A DNA stretch of 64,000 nucleotides from Methanobacteriaceae archaeon (GTDB lineage Archaea; Methanobacteriota; Methanobacteria; Methanobacteriales; Methanobacteriaceae): NCBI GenBank assembly GCA_003558085.1, contig PWMT01000127.1:13863-77862 (forward strand), given 5' to 3'. Below, one piece after another: positions 34,419 to 45,787 of the stretch. Each line of letters opens with the position of its first letter. The stretch's first letter is position 1. The notes beneath the pieces were generated by a model. That model saw nothing but the letters and a program-made list of their open reading frames with translations, did no database searches and was not told the origin of the DNA. A program made the translations under genes and the position numbers.

Positions 34419-36986
34419 CTAAATAACTTGGTTTGCAATTTCAAGGGCAAATTCTTCACCATAAATTGGGCTCAAATTAAAGTAAATACTCAAATAGGAT
34501 TTTAAAGGATTTATATCCTGCTTAATATTTTGTCTAGTAAGGTAGTCTAAGGTGAGTTGGGCTGCATCTCCATCACCAGCTACACTATGAATATAAATAG
34601 TGTCTGCATAATGATGGATTGCATAAGGTTGAGGAGTACCATCATCTTCAAATACTCCTCTTAAATTTTGCCTGCTTTTCAAATAAGCAGAACCTTTTTC
34701 AATAGCATTCAACACCTTTTCATCTTCACTAGACTGATAATAAAGAGATAGTCCCTTTAATATCCCAATATTTTGATAGGAATAATCACTCCAAGATCCG
34801 TCATTGCGCTGTCTTAATAGTAAATCGTTAATGATTTTTTCTTTATTATCCGGGTTCATACCACTAACCAGGGCATTGGTTTTGAGACTTAGAAAGTCAT
34901 CTTCAAATATTCCAGGAGTATCTTCGGGTCTATTAGATATATTAATATTACTTTCACTAGTTTGTGATTGAACAAAGTTTAAGCCACTCTGGATTATTTC
35001 ATTATTATTTTGATCAGATTCTAGGTTCAACAGGGGATAAATTGTTTCCATAGTACCTAAAGTATATTCTCCAGGAGGAGTACCAGATGGAAAGGATCCG
35101 CTAGGCATTTGTTTATACTCCAACCAGTTAAGTAGATACTGGGATCGTTCCAAAATTTCCGGATCATTAGTTTGATCATAAATATAGTCAAATAAATTTA
35201 CTATCTGAGCATTTAATGCATAATCGCCCTTAAAACTACCTCCAAATTCTAAATCCATGATCTGGTCTCTGAAATAATTACCTCCAGCATCAGAGTAAGA
35301 ATATCCATTCCAGAATTTTTCTATAAATTGTATTGTGGGGGAATATTTTTCATTATCCGGAATGTTTAAGGTACTCTCTGGTGCCTCCAGTGGGGGATCA
35401 GCATTATATTCATATACTGCCGTATCTCCAGTAATATAAGCTGTTTGAAAATGATTACTTGAGGGTAAATAATTTAATAAACCATATCTGGCTCCCGTCA
35501 TGGTATACATCATTCTGGTTACATAAACGTAGCTTATATCATATTTTTCCAGTAAAAAATAGGATTCACTGGGTTGTGAAGTACCAAAGATTGTATTAAC
35601 ATCATTTTGGGTAAGAATAGCTTCTTCTACTGTTGGAGGATCTCCCATAAATCCTTGGTATACAATTTTCCATAAAAGAACATCCCTCCTATGGGTGTTC
35701 CCTATTAAAAGATATGCATCATCACGCATGGTCAAGAATATAGCATCTGTAGGTGTATTCATATTGATCCATTCAAAGGTTTCCACTTCCTGGCTGCTAG
35801 GTTGAACTACTAAGGAATAGGCACTAAAGGCACCTTGAGCAACAGGGGTTAAAACTAGCATGAAGATAATAAAAGTTTTCACGCCTTTATTTATATTCAA
35901 ATTCCCCCAGTTAAAACTATATTTTTGAAAAATGTGATTTACTTTGGGCAATATCATTTTTGAAAACACATAACCTCCCATTAAACTTAAAGCTACAGCA
36001 GAGTATGGATCTCTGAATCTAAAGGAATAACTTCCTATTAATAAAAAAATCACCCCCCAAAGGGCTAAGAATTTATAGAGGGGGTTTTTAGATTTTATGA
36101 AGATAATGGCCCCGTAAATACCAAAAATTAATTGAAACACTCCAACCCATTTAGGGAATCCTAAGACACTTACCGGTACGATTTGCAAACGGGCAAAATA
36201 GGACCAGACATCTAAAAAATATAATAATAAAACTAGAATAGTAATTATTATACTAGCTTCTAATGGTTTTTTACGTATAGATGGAATGCTCAAGGTGAAG
36301 ATTAAAATCAGCACAGCTAGGCCAAGAAATATCCATCCCCTATGATTTAAGAGGTAAAGTAGCCATAAAAAACCTGCCAGTATTAAATATTTATAATCTC
36401 CTTTGAAAATATTCCAAAAACCCTTCAAAGCAAAAGTATCCAGGTTTTCGTATCCAGGAATACTTTTAACGTATTTTACTATTAAAAATAGTATGCTCAC
36501 CAGCAATAGCATCCCCAATGATTCTGGAATAAATACAGAGGTACGGGTTAGAAAAGAAGGTGCAAATGCAAATAATAAGGTGGATAATAGGGAGATTCTT
36601 TTATCCATGAATATTTGTTGAGATAGATGATAAAATACATAAATAGTGAAAACCCCTAAGAGAGGAGGCCATAAAAAAAATACTAGATCGCTCTGAAAGA
36701 TATTATAAAGTATGGTAGCAATTATATGATAAAGAGGGGGATAAGAATAGGATTCTAATCCCATTAAGGTAATCGGGTCCCTTGATATTATTCCAAAGCC
36801 TTCTTCAACAATACGCATGACGATATCATAATGTAGATAGGCATCTCTACCAGCAAAAGCCAGATTTCTACTGGGTATTAGCCGGATAAGAAAAGCTGCA
36901 ATTAGAATAAAACTAAGATAATATCTCTCTATTTTAGTTGAAACTTTACTGAAATTAAAGCACTTATTTGAAGTAAATTTTTTCAT
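34419..36986 (-). CDS. GT-C/STT3-like multi-pass membrane protein fused to a C-terminal alpha/alpha-toroid domain
   Basis: GRDAYLH, YPPLYH, PESLG, FEWINMNTP, KYDISYVYV; C-terminal QMPSGSF, QRNDGSW, QNLRGVF repeats. Confidence 0.7.
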   Translation of the reverse strand: MKKFTSNKCFNFSKVSTKIERYYLSFILIAAFLIRLIPSRNLAFAGRDAYLHYDIVMRIVEEGFGIISRDPITLMGLESYSYPPLYHIIATILYNIFQSDLVFFLWPPLLGVFTIYVFYHLSQQIFMDKRISLLSTLLFAFAPSFLTRTSVFIPESLGMLLLVSILFLIVKYVKSIPGYENLDTFALKGFWNIFKGDYKYLILAGFLWLLYLLNHRGWIFLGLAVLILIFTLSIPSIRKKPLEASIIITILVLLLYFLDVWSYFARLQIVPVSVLGFPKWVGVFQLIFGIYGAIIFIKSKNPLYKFLALWGVIFLLIGSYSFRFRDPYSAVALSLMGGYVFSKMILPKVNHIFQKYSFNWGNLNINKGVKTFIIFMLVLTPVAQGAFSAYSLVVQPSSQEVETFEWINMNTPTDAIFLTMRDDAYLLIGNTHRRDVLLWKIVYQGFMGDPPTVEEAILTQNDVNTIFGTSQPSESYFLLEKYDISYVYVTRMMYTMTGARYGLLNYLPSSNHFQTAYITGDTAVYEYNADPPLEAPESTLNIPDNEKYSPTIQFIEKFWNGYSYSDAGGNYFRDQIMDLEFGGSFKGDYALNAQIVNLFDYIYDQTNDPEILERSQYLLNWLEYKQMPSGSFPSGTPPGEYTLGTMETIYPLLNLESDQNNNEIIQSGLNFVQSQTSESNINISNRPEDTPGIFEDDFLSLKTNALVSGMNPDNKEKIINDLLLRQRNDGSWSDYSYQNIGILKGLSLYYQSSEDEKVLNAIEKGSAYLKSRQNLRGVFEDDGTPQPYAIHHYADTIYIHSVAGDGDAAQLTLDYLTRQNIKQDINPLKSYLSIYFNLSPIYGEEFALEIANQVI

Positions 36987-37179
36987 CAGTTCACCGAATT
37001 TTGATATTTAATTGTAATAGGCGTTTTCTTAGATTATTAATTTATATTATCAGAAGATTTATATTATGGGAAGATAATTAGTACCTCAATTACATTATTT
37101 TATCTTTAATTCCATTAGTTATTTAACATCATCATAAAGCTAGAATCATTATTAAATTAATTTTTAAAATCAGTGTAAA

Positions 37180-38328
37180 TTATAATATATTTTTCAAGGA
37201 TTTAAAAAGTTTAGGAAACCCAAGGGCTAACTTCCAAAGAGATAGGGTAGATAATGATTCCACATCATTTTTATTAAAGAATTGGATTAGTTTATTTAAA
37301 TCCTGGTCATTAAGTTTATCAAAAATCTGGCGATATTTAAAGGATCGTTCTAGATTTTTACTTATTTTTTGCTGCCATTCTTGTTCATATTGTTGTAGAT
37401 AATCAGCACTTAAATCTTCATTTTTAATGGCCTCAGCAGCTATTTCACCAGCCAATTTAGAACAAATACTTGCTAAATGTATTCCCCCTCCAGTAATCGG
37501 ATCCACTTGACCTGCAGCATCTCCAGTTATCAAAATCCCATTACCATAGGTTTTATTGGAAGGACCGCATACAGGAACCGCTCCTACATTTAATTCAATT
37601 TTAGTAGCATTAAACCGGGAAATAAATTTTTCTAAATAATGAATGGCTGCTTTTTCGGTATTTCTAACACCTACTCCTACGTTGGCTCTTTGCTCTCCTT
37701 TAGGAAAAATCCATACATATCCTCCTGGCGCTATTTTTGATCCAAAAAAGAATTCCATCATTGAACTTTCAACATCCAAACCCACCATTTCATATTGGGC
37801 GCATGAAACTAAGTCTATGGGCTCATAACCATGGTTTAACTGAGCAATTCTAGCTATTTGGGACTCTATTCCATCAGCACCTATAACCACTTGCGCCGGT
37901 ATTTCAATTAATTTTCCCTGATTGCGGGCGATGACTCCTTCAACTCGTCCTTTATTTATTATTAAATCTTTTACATGTGTTTTAAGCATTATGTCTGTAC
38001 CTGCTTCAGCACTTTTCATGGCTAATGATTTATCTAGCATTTTACGCTCTAAAATATATCCATGTAAGATTTCATTGGTGCTGGTAAAATAATCTCCTTG
38101 AGGAGAATGTAATTTAGCTCCTTTAATTTTAGAGCAAATTATATCCGGGGATAATTTTATCTCCAGCGTATCTAAAAAAGATTTACTAACTCCACCAGCA
38201 CATTGAACAGGAGTACCTATTTCCTGATGTTTTTCAATCATTAAGACATTCATATCATTTTTAGATGCATAAAGGGAGGCTATTGATCCAGAAACACGAC
38301 CACCTACCACTACTATATCATATTTCAT
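37180..38328 (-). CDS. geranylgeranyl reductase-family flavoprotein (DGGGPL reductase-like)
   Basis: YDIVVVGG, PVQCAGG, APGGYVWIFPKG, GDAAGQVDPITGGGI. Confidence 0.9.
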   Translation of the reverse strand: MKYDIVVVGGRVSGSIASLYASKNDMNVLMIEKHQEIGTPVQCAGGVSKSFLDTLEIKLSPDIICSKIKGAKLHSPQGDYFTSTNEILHGYILERKMLDKSLAMKSAEAGTDIMLKTHVKDLIINKGRVEGVIARNQGKLIEIPAQVVIGADGIESQIARIAQLNHGYEPIDLVSCAQYEMVGLDVESSMMEFFFGSKIAPGGYVWIFPKGEQRANVGVGVRNTEKAAIHYLEKFISRFNATKIELNVGAVPVCGPSNKTYGNGILITGDAAGQVDPITGGGIHLASICSKLAGEIAAEAIKNEDLSADYLQQYEQEWQQKISKNLERSFKYRQIFDKLNDQDLNKLIQFFNKNDVESLSTLSLWKLALGFPKLFKSLKNIL

Positions 38329-38497
38329 CCGCTAACTCTCCTTTGATTGCCCCCATGGGACATACCCTCACACATCTTTGGCAAGTGTTGCATCCGTGTT
38401 TTTTATGGATTTTAAATTCAAAAAGTTGTAGGAGATTTAAGGGGCATACAGTTACACAGGCTCCACAGTAACCACATAATTCTTCTTCAAATATCAC
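38318..38497 (-). CDS. 59-aa 2x[4Fe-4S] ferredoxin, absent from ORF track
   Basis: GTG start after SD GGGTGG; CGYCGACVTVCP and CNTCQRCVRVCP; stop overlaps the reductase start. Confidence 0.92.
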   Translation of the reverse strand: MIFEEELCGYCGACVTVCPLNLLQLFEFKIHKKHGCNTCQRCVRVCPMGAIKGELADEI

Positions 38498-38645
38498 TTA
38501 ACCACCCAAAATTACAATATTTAAAAAAGATATATAATTTATCTAATTTTTAATAAATATATAATTATTATATCCGCTTTTTCTATAAAAATAAACTATT
38601 TTAACCGTTAAGTTAATATAGGATATAATACAACTAACGTTAGTA

Positions 38646-38729
<84 letters not shown>

Positions 38730-38873
38730 CTTAAAATAAGTTATTCGTTATTTAAGATATTACTATTACTATTTATATACTTAAAACCTGTTAAGATCAT
38801 ATTTATAGGATAAAGTATATATGTTGGGGTTAATAAAATCAGTCAAAATCTTAGAATAAATATTTATTATAAG

Positions 38874-38946
38874 GCCTTAGTGGCTCAGGCGGTAGAGCGA
38901 TGCCTTGGTAAGGCATAGGTCGGGGGTTCGAATCCCCCCTAAGGCT
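38874..38946 (+). tRNA. tRNA-Thr(GGU)
   Basis: Acceptor GCCTTAG/CTAAGGC, anticodon arm ATGCC-TTGGTAA-GGCAT, GGTTCGAATCC. Confidence 0.97.
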
Positions 38947-39174
38947 TCAAGTTATATATTCAATTTAATAAGTTATTTATCAATAATGATAATTAATTTC
39001 TTTTGTTTATTCTGTTCTAGTTTGATTTAAAGAAATAAATTATAACAGACATGATTTGTTCCTAAATTAGGAATATAAATACCTAATCTAAGAATTTATA
39101 TAGTAGAATTATAAATTATAAATATAAACTAAATTCCATTTTTACATTAGAATTATTAATTATAAGGGGATAAA

Positions 39175-39810
39175 ATGAGTAAATTTTTCGATATTATCAT
39201 GGCTGGCTTAATCTCTGGAATCGTGGCCTTTACCACTACTAAAATAGGGATAGCGGGAACTATTTTAGGCGCTGTTTTTTGGTCGGTGCTTTATCAGATC
39301 ATGTCCCATTACGTAAAAGAACCTCTGCAGAAAGCTGAAACTAAAAAAATAGAAAGTAAGATTGTTTATATGATACCGCTAGCATTGATCATTTTCGTGG
39401 AGATAATATATTTACTTAAACCCATTTATCTGGAACCCCAGCAGATATTTTATTTTTTACAGGGGGCGACTAATTGGAATCTTTTTAGATCTATTGGAAC
39501 TGGATTACTTTTAATGGGAATATATCCAATTATTCAACCTGAAAATATAGATAGAAAATATGGTTATATACTTTTAAGTCTGGGAATAGTTATTTTGCTT
39601 CGAGGATTTATAGATGTCAGTTCCCGTTTCGTGGACCTATATTCTTTTATCTTCTTTGAATTAGGTACCTACATAACCATAATGATTATTCTAGTATTAT
39701 CGTATGTAATAATTTCATTAGTTAAGGACTCTTTAATTATGGGGACTAAACAAAATTCCCATGATGAAGAAAAACAGCATCATAAGCTCTCTACTGAAGA
39801 ACTAAAATAG
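39175..39810 (+). CDS. hypothetical multi-pass membrane protein
   Basis: 211-aa ORF with SD GGGGA and about six hydrophobic segments; no family recognised. Confidence 0.75.
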   Translation: MSKFFDIIMAGLISGIVAFTTTKIGIAGTILGAVFWSVLYQIMSHYVKEPLQKAETKKIESKIVYMIPLALIIFVEIIYLLKPIYLEPQQIFYFLQGATNWNLFRSIGTGLLLMGIYPIIQPENIDRKYGYILLSLGIVILLRGFIDVSSRFVDLYSFIFFELGTYITIMIILVLSYVIISLVKDSLIMGTKQNSHDEEKQHHKLSTEELK

Positions 39811-39927
39811 AAAGTGAGTTATGCTTCTTTAGTCGATAATTAAATTTAGGGCTCTTTAGTAAATTATTCGGTTGATATTACCTAGATAATTAGCTTGCTA
39901 TTAATCGAGTAAATAATTGGGGGTTTA

Positions 39928-40860
39928 ATGATAAAAAAGAATAAAAACAATACCTTAAAAGATGTATTAGATATTATAGTTTATGAAAATCCCTCCACAC
40001 AGGACGAAATAGCTGAAAAACTGGGAATTACTCGAAGATATGTGACTAAACTTCTCCAACCTATGGTAAAGAAGGGAGTAGTTCGCCGAGCATATATACT
40101 TGATTTAAAAAAATATGATGAATTCTCGGAAATGTTTGAAGAAGAGAAAACTTCTCGAGAGTATGCTGGCAGTTACTTGATAAAAGATATGTTGAAAAAT
40201 ATGTATGATCACGTTTCCAAAGAATTAGAAACCTCTTTCCAGGCTTTAATCAATCACAAAAAAGATCAGGCGAATGAAGCTCTAAAAATGGATTTTATAA
40301 CCAACAACATGTTGGAAAAGGTGCGATCATCGATAGAAACCACTATTACTATTAATCCTTATTCTGAATTTAGTAAAACCATGATATTTGGTGAAATAGC
40401 TTTTGCTTTGGAACGTATTGGGGATCACTCCGGTATTATAGCCAACTTCACTATGCAGGAATCTTATGAAGTGGAAAGTGAAATGTTGGCCTATCTAAAA
40501 GATATGTATAAAACTGCTCAAAAAATGATTTATTGGTCCATGGATGCCTTCTTGAATGAAAAATTAAAGTTGAAACCGGAAATAATGCACTCTGAAGATA
40601 AAATGCATCAAATCCAAAAAAAAGCATTAAATTGTATAGCCACACAAATGGCTGAAACTCCTTTTGAAGATAAAGATCGTTCTACTTATTATCTATCGCT
40701 TTCTAGGGTTGTAAAAGCATTTGAAAGGATTGGAGACATTTCTTTAGAAATAATTGATACCGCTGGTGAATTTTATCATAATATCCCTCGAACTACCACT
40801 CCTGAAAGATTTCGAAGAAGAGAATTGAAATTGGAAAAAGACTTGGGAAAAATGCATTAG
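39928..40860 (+). CDS. HTH-PhoU phosphate regulator
   Basis: TQDEIAEKLGITRRYV HTH plus two ERIGD PhoU motifs; upstream of pst genes. Confidence 0.9.
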   Translation: MIKKNKNNTLKDVLDIIVYENPSTQDEIAEKLGITRRYVTKLLQPMVKKGVVRRAYILDLKKYDEFSEMFEEEKTSREYAGSYLIKDMLKNMYDHVSKELETSFQALINHKKDQANEALKMDFITNNMLEKVRSSIETTITINPYSEFSKTMIFGEIAFALERIGDHSGIIANFTMQESYEVESEMLAYLKDMYKTAQKMIYWSMDAFLNEKLKLKPEIMHSEDKMHQIQKKALNCIATQMAETPFEDKDRSTYYLSLSRVVKAFERIGDISLEIIDTAGEFYHNIPRTTTPERFRRRELKLEKDLGKMH

Positions 40861-41196
40861 TTAATTTTCATCTTTAATATTGGTTAAAAAACTTCTAAAC
40901 ATGAAATTTTTTTAATTTTCCTATGATTCACTAGCCATAATTATTTTAGTTTAAGATAATATTTTGAAACGATTGTGAATAATTTTATTTTGTAGTGTAT
41001 TTTCTCTTGCATTATCTTAATTTTTCCTTTTTTCTACTTCATTTTTTATTTAAAGATTTCGTAGTTCATATTAGTTGATTAATTGTTTTCTAATTTTCAA
41101 CCTCCAAAACATCTTTAGTTCACTAAATGTGTCTTAATATACCTAAATAGTAACATTTAAATAGTATCTGGACTATTTATGGGTGAGGTGATAAAA

Positions 41197-42015
41197 ATGG
41201 ACACCAAATACATCATCGGAATAATAATTGCTATAGTGATTATAGCAGGAGCTATTTTCCTCATAGGAGGAGAAGAAAGTGAAACCACCAACATAGATAT
41301 AGTGGGTTCCACTTCAGTACAACCAGTTGCAGAAGGTTTATCTGAAGAATACATGCAATCACATCCTCAGGTGAGAATCAATGTTCAAGGCGGAGGTTCT
41401 AGCGTGGGTATTAAAAGTGCTCAAGATGGAATTGCAGATATAGGGACCAGCTCTAAAGAATTAGACGAAAATGAACAAGAAGGATTAACCATATACGGGT
41501 TTGCTAAAGATGGTATTGTAGTTGCAGTTAACAATGAAAATCAGATTAGTGATTTAACCGTAGATCAAATACAGGCTATTTTTAGTGGTGAGATTACCAA
41601 CTGGGGCGAAGTTGGGGGAAGCGATGGCACCATTAATGTAGTTACTCGTGAAGATGGTTCTGGAACTTTAGACGCATTTAATGATATAGTAATGGATGCT
41701 GAAACTAAAATCAAAGCAGATGCTATCGTACAAAGCTCTACTGAGGCGGTTAAACAATCTGTTGCCCAAGATCCCAATGGTATAGGATTCATCTCCTATG
41801 CTAGTATGAGTGACGATGTCAAAGCATTAGCTGTTAATGGAGTGGAAATATCAGAGGACACCATAGCTGATGGCAGTTACCTATTACAAAGACCATTTTT
41901 CTTTATAATTAAAGGTCAAGCCCAGGGTGCAGTTAAAGAATTCATTGACTTTGTATTTAGTTCAGAAGGAGCAGAAATAATTAAAAGTGAGAATCTGGTA
42001 CCTGTTGAGCAATAA
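41197..42015 (+). CDS. pstS: phosphate ABC substrate-binding protein, copy 1
   Basis: GSTSVQP, QGGGSSVG, REDGSGT, LQRPF. Confidence 0.95.
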   Translation: MDTKYIIGIIIAIVIIAGAIFLIGGEESETTNIDIVGSTSVQPVAEGLSEEYMQSHPQVRINVQGGGSSVGIKSAQDGIADIGTSSKELDENEQEGLTIYGFAKDGIVVAVNNENQISDLTVDQIQAIFSGEITNWGEVGGSDGTINVVTREDGSGTLDAFNDIVMDAETKIKADAIVQSSTEAVKQSVAQDPNGIGFISYASMSDDVKALAVNGVEISEDTIADGSYLLQRPFFFIIKGQAQGAVKEFIDFVFSSEGAEIIKSENLVPVEQ

Positions 42016-42034
42016 AATCTTTTAGAAATGAAGC

Positions 42035-42055
42035 TTATGTGTTTATAACACATAA
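42035..42055 (+). terminator. 9-bp inverted repeat after pstS1 (terminator or mRNA-stabilising hairpin)
   Basis: TTATGTGTT-TAT-AACACATAA, followed shortly by a T run. Confidence 0.45.
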
Positions 42056-42215
42056 CTATAATTTTTTAAAACAAAGACCATTTTATTTTTGATCTATTAT
42101 TTGTTACTACTTAGATCACTCTTATCTTTAAAATAATATTTTTTAGTGGTTAATTATTTAGGAGCAATGAAACTTTAAATAGGGTGAAGTTGAATTACTT
42201 CACAGTGGTGAAGGC

Positions 42216-43043
42216 ATGGACTTTAAGTATAAAATCATAGTAATTGTTATCTTACTAAGCATTACAGGCTATTTGTTGGTTAATCCTGGATCAGATTATG
42301 AAAGGATACAGATTGCAGGATCTACCTCTGTTCAACCTGTAGCAGAACAATTAGCCCAAGAATATATGAAAACTAATTCTGGGGTGAAAATTAATGTTCA
42401 AGGTGGAGGTTCAGGACTAGGTATTCGCAGTACCCAGCAGGAAATAATAGAAATTGGAACCACATCTAAAGCATTAAGTGCAGAAGAACAAGAAGGTTTG
42501 AAAGAGTATATAATAGGAAAAGAAGGCATTGTTATCGCCATTAATAAAGAAAATATAGTAAGTGATTTAACTCTAACTCAAATTAGAGATATCTTCAGTG
42601 GTAAGATTACTAATTGGAAAGATGTAGGTGGTGCTAATCAGCAAATAAATGTGATAATTAGGGAAGAAGGATCTGGTACCCGCACTGCATTTGAGGAGAT
42701 AGTAATGGGTGAAGATAGCATAAGATCGGATTCTATTGTTCAAAGTTCTACAGAAATGGTTAAACAGGCAGTTATACAGGATCCAAATGCCGTAGGTGTG
42801 GTTTCATTTGCTTTTCTAGGGGATGAGGTCAAGGCTTTAAAAGTTGAGGGGGTAGCTCCTTCAGAACAGACTATTGCCTTGGAACTCTATACTCTCCAAA
42901 GACCCTTTATTTTTTTGGTTAAAGGAGAACCAGAGGGTGCTTTAAGGGAATTCTTAAGATGGGTTTACAGTAAAGAAGGACAGGATGTTATTCGTGGTGA
43001 AAAAATAGTTCCATTTATTGCCAACGTGTCTGATGATGTATAA
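42216..43043 (+). CDS. pstS: phosphate ABC substrate-binding protein, copy 2
   Basis: GSTSVQP, QGGGSGLG, REEGSGTR, LQRPF. Confidence 0.95.
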   Translation: MDFKYKIIVIVILLSITGYLLVNPGSDYERIQIAGSTSVQPVAEQLAQEYMKTNSGVKINVQGGGSGLGIRSTQQEIIEIGTTSKALSAEEQEGLKEYIIGKEGIVIAINKENIVSDLTLTQIRDIFSGKITNWKDVGGANQQINVIIREEGSGTRTAFEEIVMGEDSIRSDSIVQSSTEMVKQAVIQDPNAVGVVSFAFLGDEVKALKVEGVAPSEQTIALELYTLQRPFIFLVKGEPEGALREFLRWVYSKEGQDVIRGEKIVPFIANVSDDV

Positions 43044-43206
43044 TGAAATTATCTATTAATGAATTATATTATAACATCTAAAAAGTCGCATTCAGTTATA
43101 AATGATAGGTCATGATACCAAAGTTTAACAAGTAGCTAGTTAAAATAAATTTTTTTATCCTTCATTTTTTAATAATTTTAGCACTCAATATTAAGGGAGG
43201 CGAATC

Positions 43207-44082
43207 ATGAATAATAGCTTACAGGAATATTTAATCGAAAAAGGTTTGTTCATAACCGCCATATCTTCCATTCTGGTCATTATTTTAATAATAATCTTCA
43301 TTTTCCTTGAAGGTCTACCTGCCATGGAAAGTTATGGATTTTTAAATTTTATATTTGGTTCTCTTTGGGCTCCTACACAAGGAGAATTTGGTGTTTTAAC
43401 CATGATTGTAGGATCCTTAGGCATCACATTACTGTCTTTAGTTATGGCCATTCCTTTATCACTTTTTTGTGCTATTTTTATGGCGGAAATTGCTCCCTCA
43501 AATATGAGAAAAATATTAAAACCCGTTATTGAGACCTTGGCAGGCATACCTTCGGTTGTCTACGGATTTTTTGGCTTGATAACACTGGTTCCTTTCATGA
43601 GAGAACAATTTGGTGGAACTGGATTCAGCATGCTCACTGCTTCTATAATTTTAACGGTGATGATCCTTCCTACCATAATCAGTGTATCTGAAGATGCCAT
43701 CCGATCCATACCCTCTGAATATAAAGAAGCATCCCTGGCTTTAGGTGCTACCCAATGGCAAACTATTCAAAATGTCATTTTTCCAGCAGCACTTCCTGGA
43801 ATAATAACTGCCATAATTTTAGGCATGGGACGAGCGATTGGAGAAACATTAGCAGTAATTATGGTCGCCGGTAATGTTACTCAATATCCAACATCTTTAG
43901 TAGATCCAGTGAGAGCTTTAACCGCTAATATTGCTATAGAAATGGGATATGCTACTGGATTACATTATAATGCTTTATTTGGAACTGCGATTGTTTTATT
44001 TTTCATGATCGTGTTTTTACTCATCATAGCTAATTACTTGCAGTATAAAAAGAAGGTAGTTATTGGAGGGGGGTATCTATAA
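43207..44082 (+). CDS. pstC: phosphate ABC permease
   Basis: [29 protein letters not shown]. Confidence 0.95.
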   Translation: MNNSLQEYLIEKGLFITAISSILVIILIIIFIFLEGLPAMESYGFLNFIFGSLWAPTQGEFGVLTMIVGSLGITLLSLVMAIPLSLFCAIFMAEIAPSNMRKILKPVIETLAGIPSVVYGFFGLITLVPFMREQFGGTGFSMLTASIILTVMILPTIISVSEDAIRSIPSEYKEASLALGATQWQTIQNVIFPAALPGIITAIILGMGRAIGETLAVIMVAGNVTQYPTSLVDPVRALTANIAIEMGYATGLHYNALFGTAIVLFFMIVFLLIIANYLQYKKKVVIGGGYL

Positions 44083-44179
44083 TTAGTTACTCCAACCCAT
44101 TTTCTCCATTCTTTAGAGAAAATATTTTCATCTATACGATAATTCCAAGATTGAAGGGATTATTCCAGGAGGATTACAG

Positions 44180-45031
44180 TTGAGTTTCAGGTTATTATCA
44201 CCTAAAGTTTACCAAAAAATAATGAAAATAGTTTTTTGGATCTCAGGAATAATCACTATAATGATCTTATTGGTTATAATTGGTTACATTCTTTTTAAAG
44301 GATTTGAAGTGCTGAGTCTGGAGTTTATATTCTCTGCACCTATTGATTCTGGTAGGGCTGGAGGAATATTTCCCATGATAATTTCCAGCCTATATGTAAC
44401 CTTAATTTCAGGATTAGTGGCAGCACCATTGGGGGTTGGTGCTGCAGTATATTTGGCTGAATACTCTGAAGACGGATGGATAGTAAAATTAATCAGATTC
44501 GGAGCGGAAACTCTGGCATCTATACCTTCCATTGTTTTTGGTTTATTTGGATTATCATTTTTTGTTATATTCTTAGGGTTGGGATGGTCGGTTTTATCTG
44601 GAGGTTTAGTATTGGCCTTGATGGCTTTACCTACCATATTTAAAGTGGCTGAAGTTTCCATAGATGCTGTACCTGAGTCATACCGTGAAGGTAGTTTAGC
44701 CTTAGGAGCAACTAAATGGGAAACTGTATATAGGGTTGTTTTACCTGCTGCAACGCCAGGAATAACCACGGGGGTGATTTTAGGGATGGCAAGAGCTATA
44801 TCTGAAGCAGCAGCCATTCTTTTTGCAGTTGGGGCAGCTTTAACTATTCCGGTATCTATATTTGATCCGGGAAGGCCTTTACCTTTACATCTATATATAT
44901 TGGCCACCGAAGGAATTTCTTTGGAATACGCTTTTGGCACGGCAGCAGTAATGGTAATTATAGTGCTGATTATTACAGTGGTAACCAATAACATGGTGGA
45001 TAGATATCAAAAAAAGTTGATGGGACGTTAA
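44180..45031 (+). CDS. pstA: phosphate ABC permease
   Basis: [32 protein letters not shown]. Confidence 0.95.
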   Translation: MSFRLLSPKVYQKIMKIVFWISGIITIMILLVIIGYILFKGFEVLSLEFIFSAPIDSGRAGGIFPMIISSLYVTLISGLVAAPLGVGAAVYLAEYSEDGWIVKLIRFGAETLASIPSIVFGLFGLSFFVIFLGLGWSVLSGGLVLALMALPTIFKVAEVSIDAVPESYREGSLALGATKWETVYRVVLPAATPGITTGVILGMARAISEAAAILFAVGAALTIPVSIFDPGRPLPLHLYILATEGISLEYAFGTAAVMVIIVLIITVVTNNMVDRYQKKLMGR

Positions 45032-45034
45032 ACT

Positions 45035-45787
45035 ATGAATAGAATTGAAGTAGAGAATTTAAATGTTCACTTTGATGATGCACAGATTTTAAAGGATGTA
45101 AATATTAAAATTCCCAAAAATACTGTAACCTCTCTTATTGGGCCTTCAGGATGTGGGAAGTCTACTTTCATCCGCACTATAAATCGTATGAATGATTTGA
45201 TATCTGGTTTTAAAAAAGAAGGCCACATATACTTGGATGGCCAGGAAATTTACGATCCCAGTGTGGATGTTGTAGAACTTAGAAAGAAAGTAGGTATGGT
45301 ATTTCAAAAACCTAATCCTTTTCCAAAATCGGTTTTTGATAATGTAGCTTATGGTTTGAAGGTACATGGCATTACTGATAAAAATATTGTGGAAGAAAGA
45401 GTCCGGGAAAGCTTGAAATCTGCAGCTTTATGGGAGGAAGTAAAAGAGAAGTTGGAAAAATCAGCTCTAGGTCTATCTGGAGGTCAACAACAGAGATTGT
45501 GTATTGCACGTACTATTGCTATCGAACCAGAAGTTATATTGATGGATGAACCTTGTTCTGCTTTAGACCCTATTTCAACCACTAAAATTGAGGATTTAAT
45601 TCATAAATTGAAAAAGGAATATACTATAGTAATTGTAACCCACAACATGCAGCAAGCCACCCGGGTTTCTAAATTTACTTCCTTCTTCTTACATGGAGAG
45701 ATTGTGGAGAGTGCTCGTACCGAAAGATTATTTTTAGAACCTAAGGATAAAAGAACTGAAGATTACATTACAGGAAGATTTGGTTGA
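45035..45787 (+). CDS. pstB: phosphate ABC ATP-binding protein
   Basis: [35 protein letters not shown]. Confidence 0.97.
   Translation: MNRIEVENLNVHFDDAQILKDVNIKIPKNTVTSLIGPSGCGKSTFIRTINRMNDLISGFKKEGHIYLDGQEIYDPSVDVVELRKKVGMVFQKPNPFPKSVFDNVAYGLKVHGITDKNIVEERVRESLKSAALWEEVKEKLEKSALGLSGGQQQRLCIARTIAIEPEVILMDEPCSALDPISTTKIEDLIHKLKKEYTIVIVTHNMQQATRVSKFTSFFLHGEIVESARTERLFLEPKDKRTEDYITGRFG

Noticed and set aside
38265-38471. 68-aa plus-strand ORF
   Set aside because: Antisense to the real ferredoxin at 38318-38497
38874-39810. Integrative element at tRNA-Thr or tRNA-Leu
   Set aside because: No integrase and no duplicated tRNA 3' end found by eye in the window
41197-43043. Tandem pstS paralogs as a novelty
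   Set aside because: Both are intact and well diverged; duplicated pstS is common in methanogen pst clusters
44284-44994. 236-aa antisense ORF over pstA, and similar antisense ORFs (e.g. 25400-25903, 51765-52187, 22940-23305)
   Set aside because: Each lies opposite a well-supported gene and shows no family motif; typical shadow ORFs
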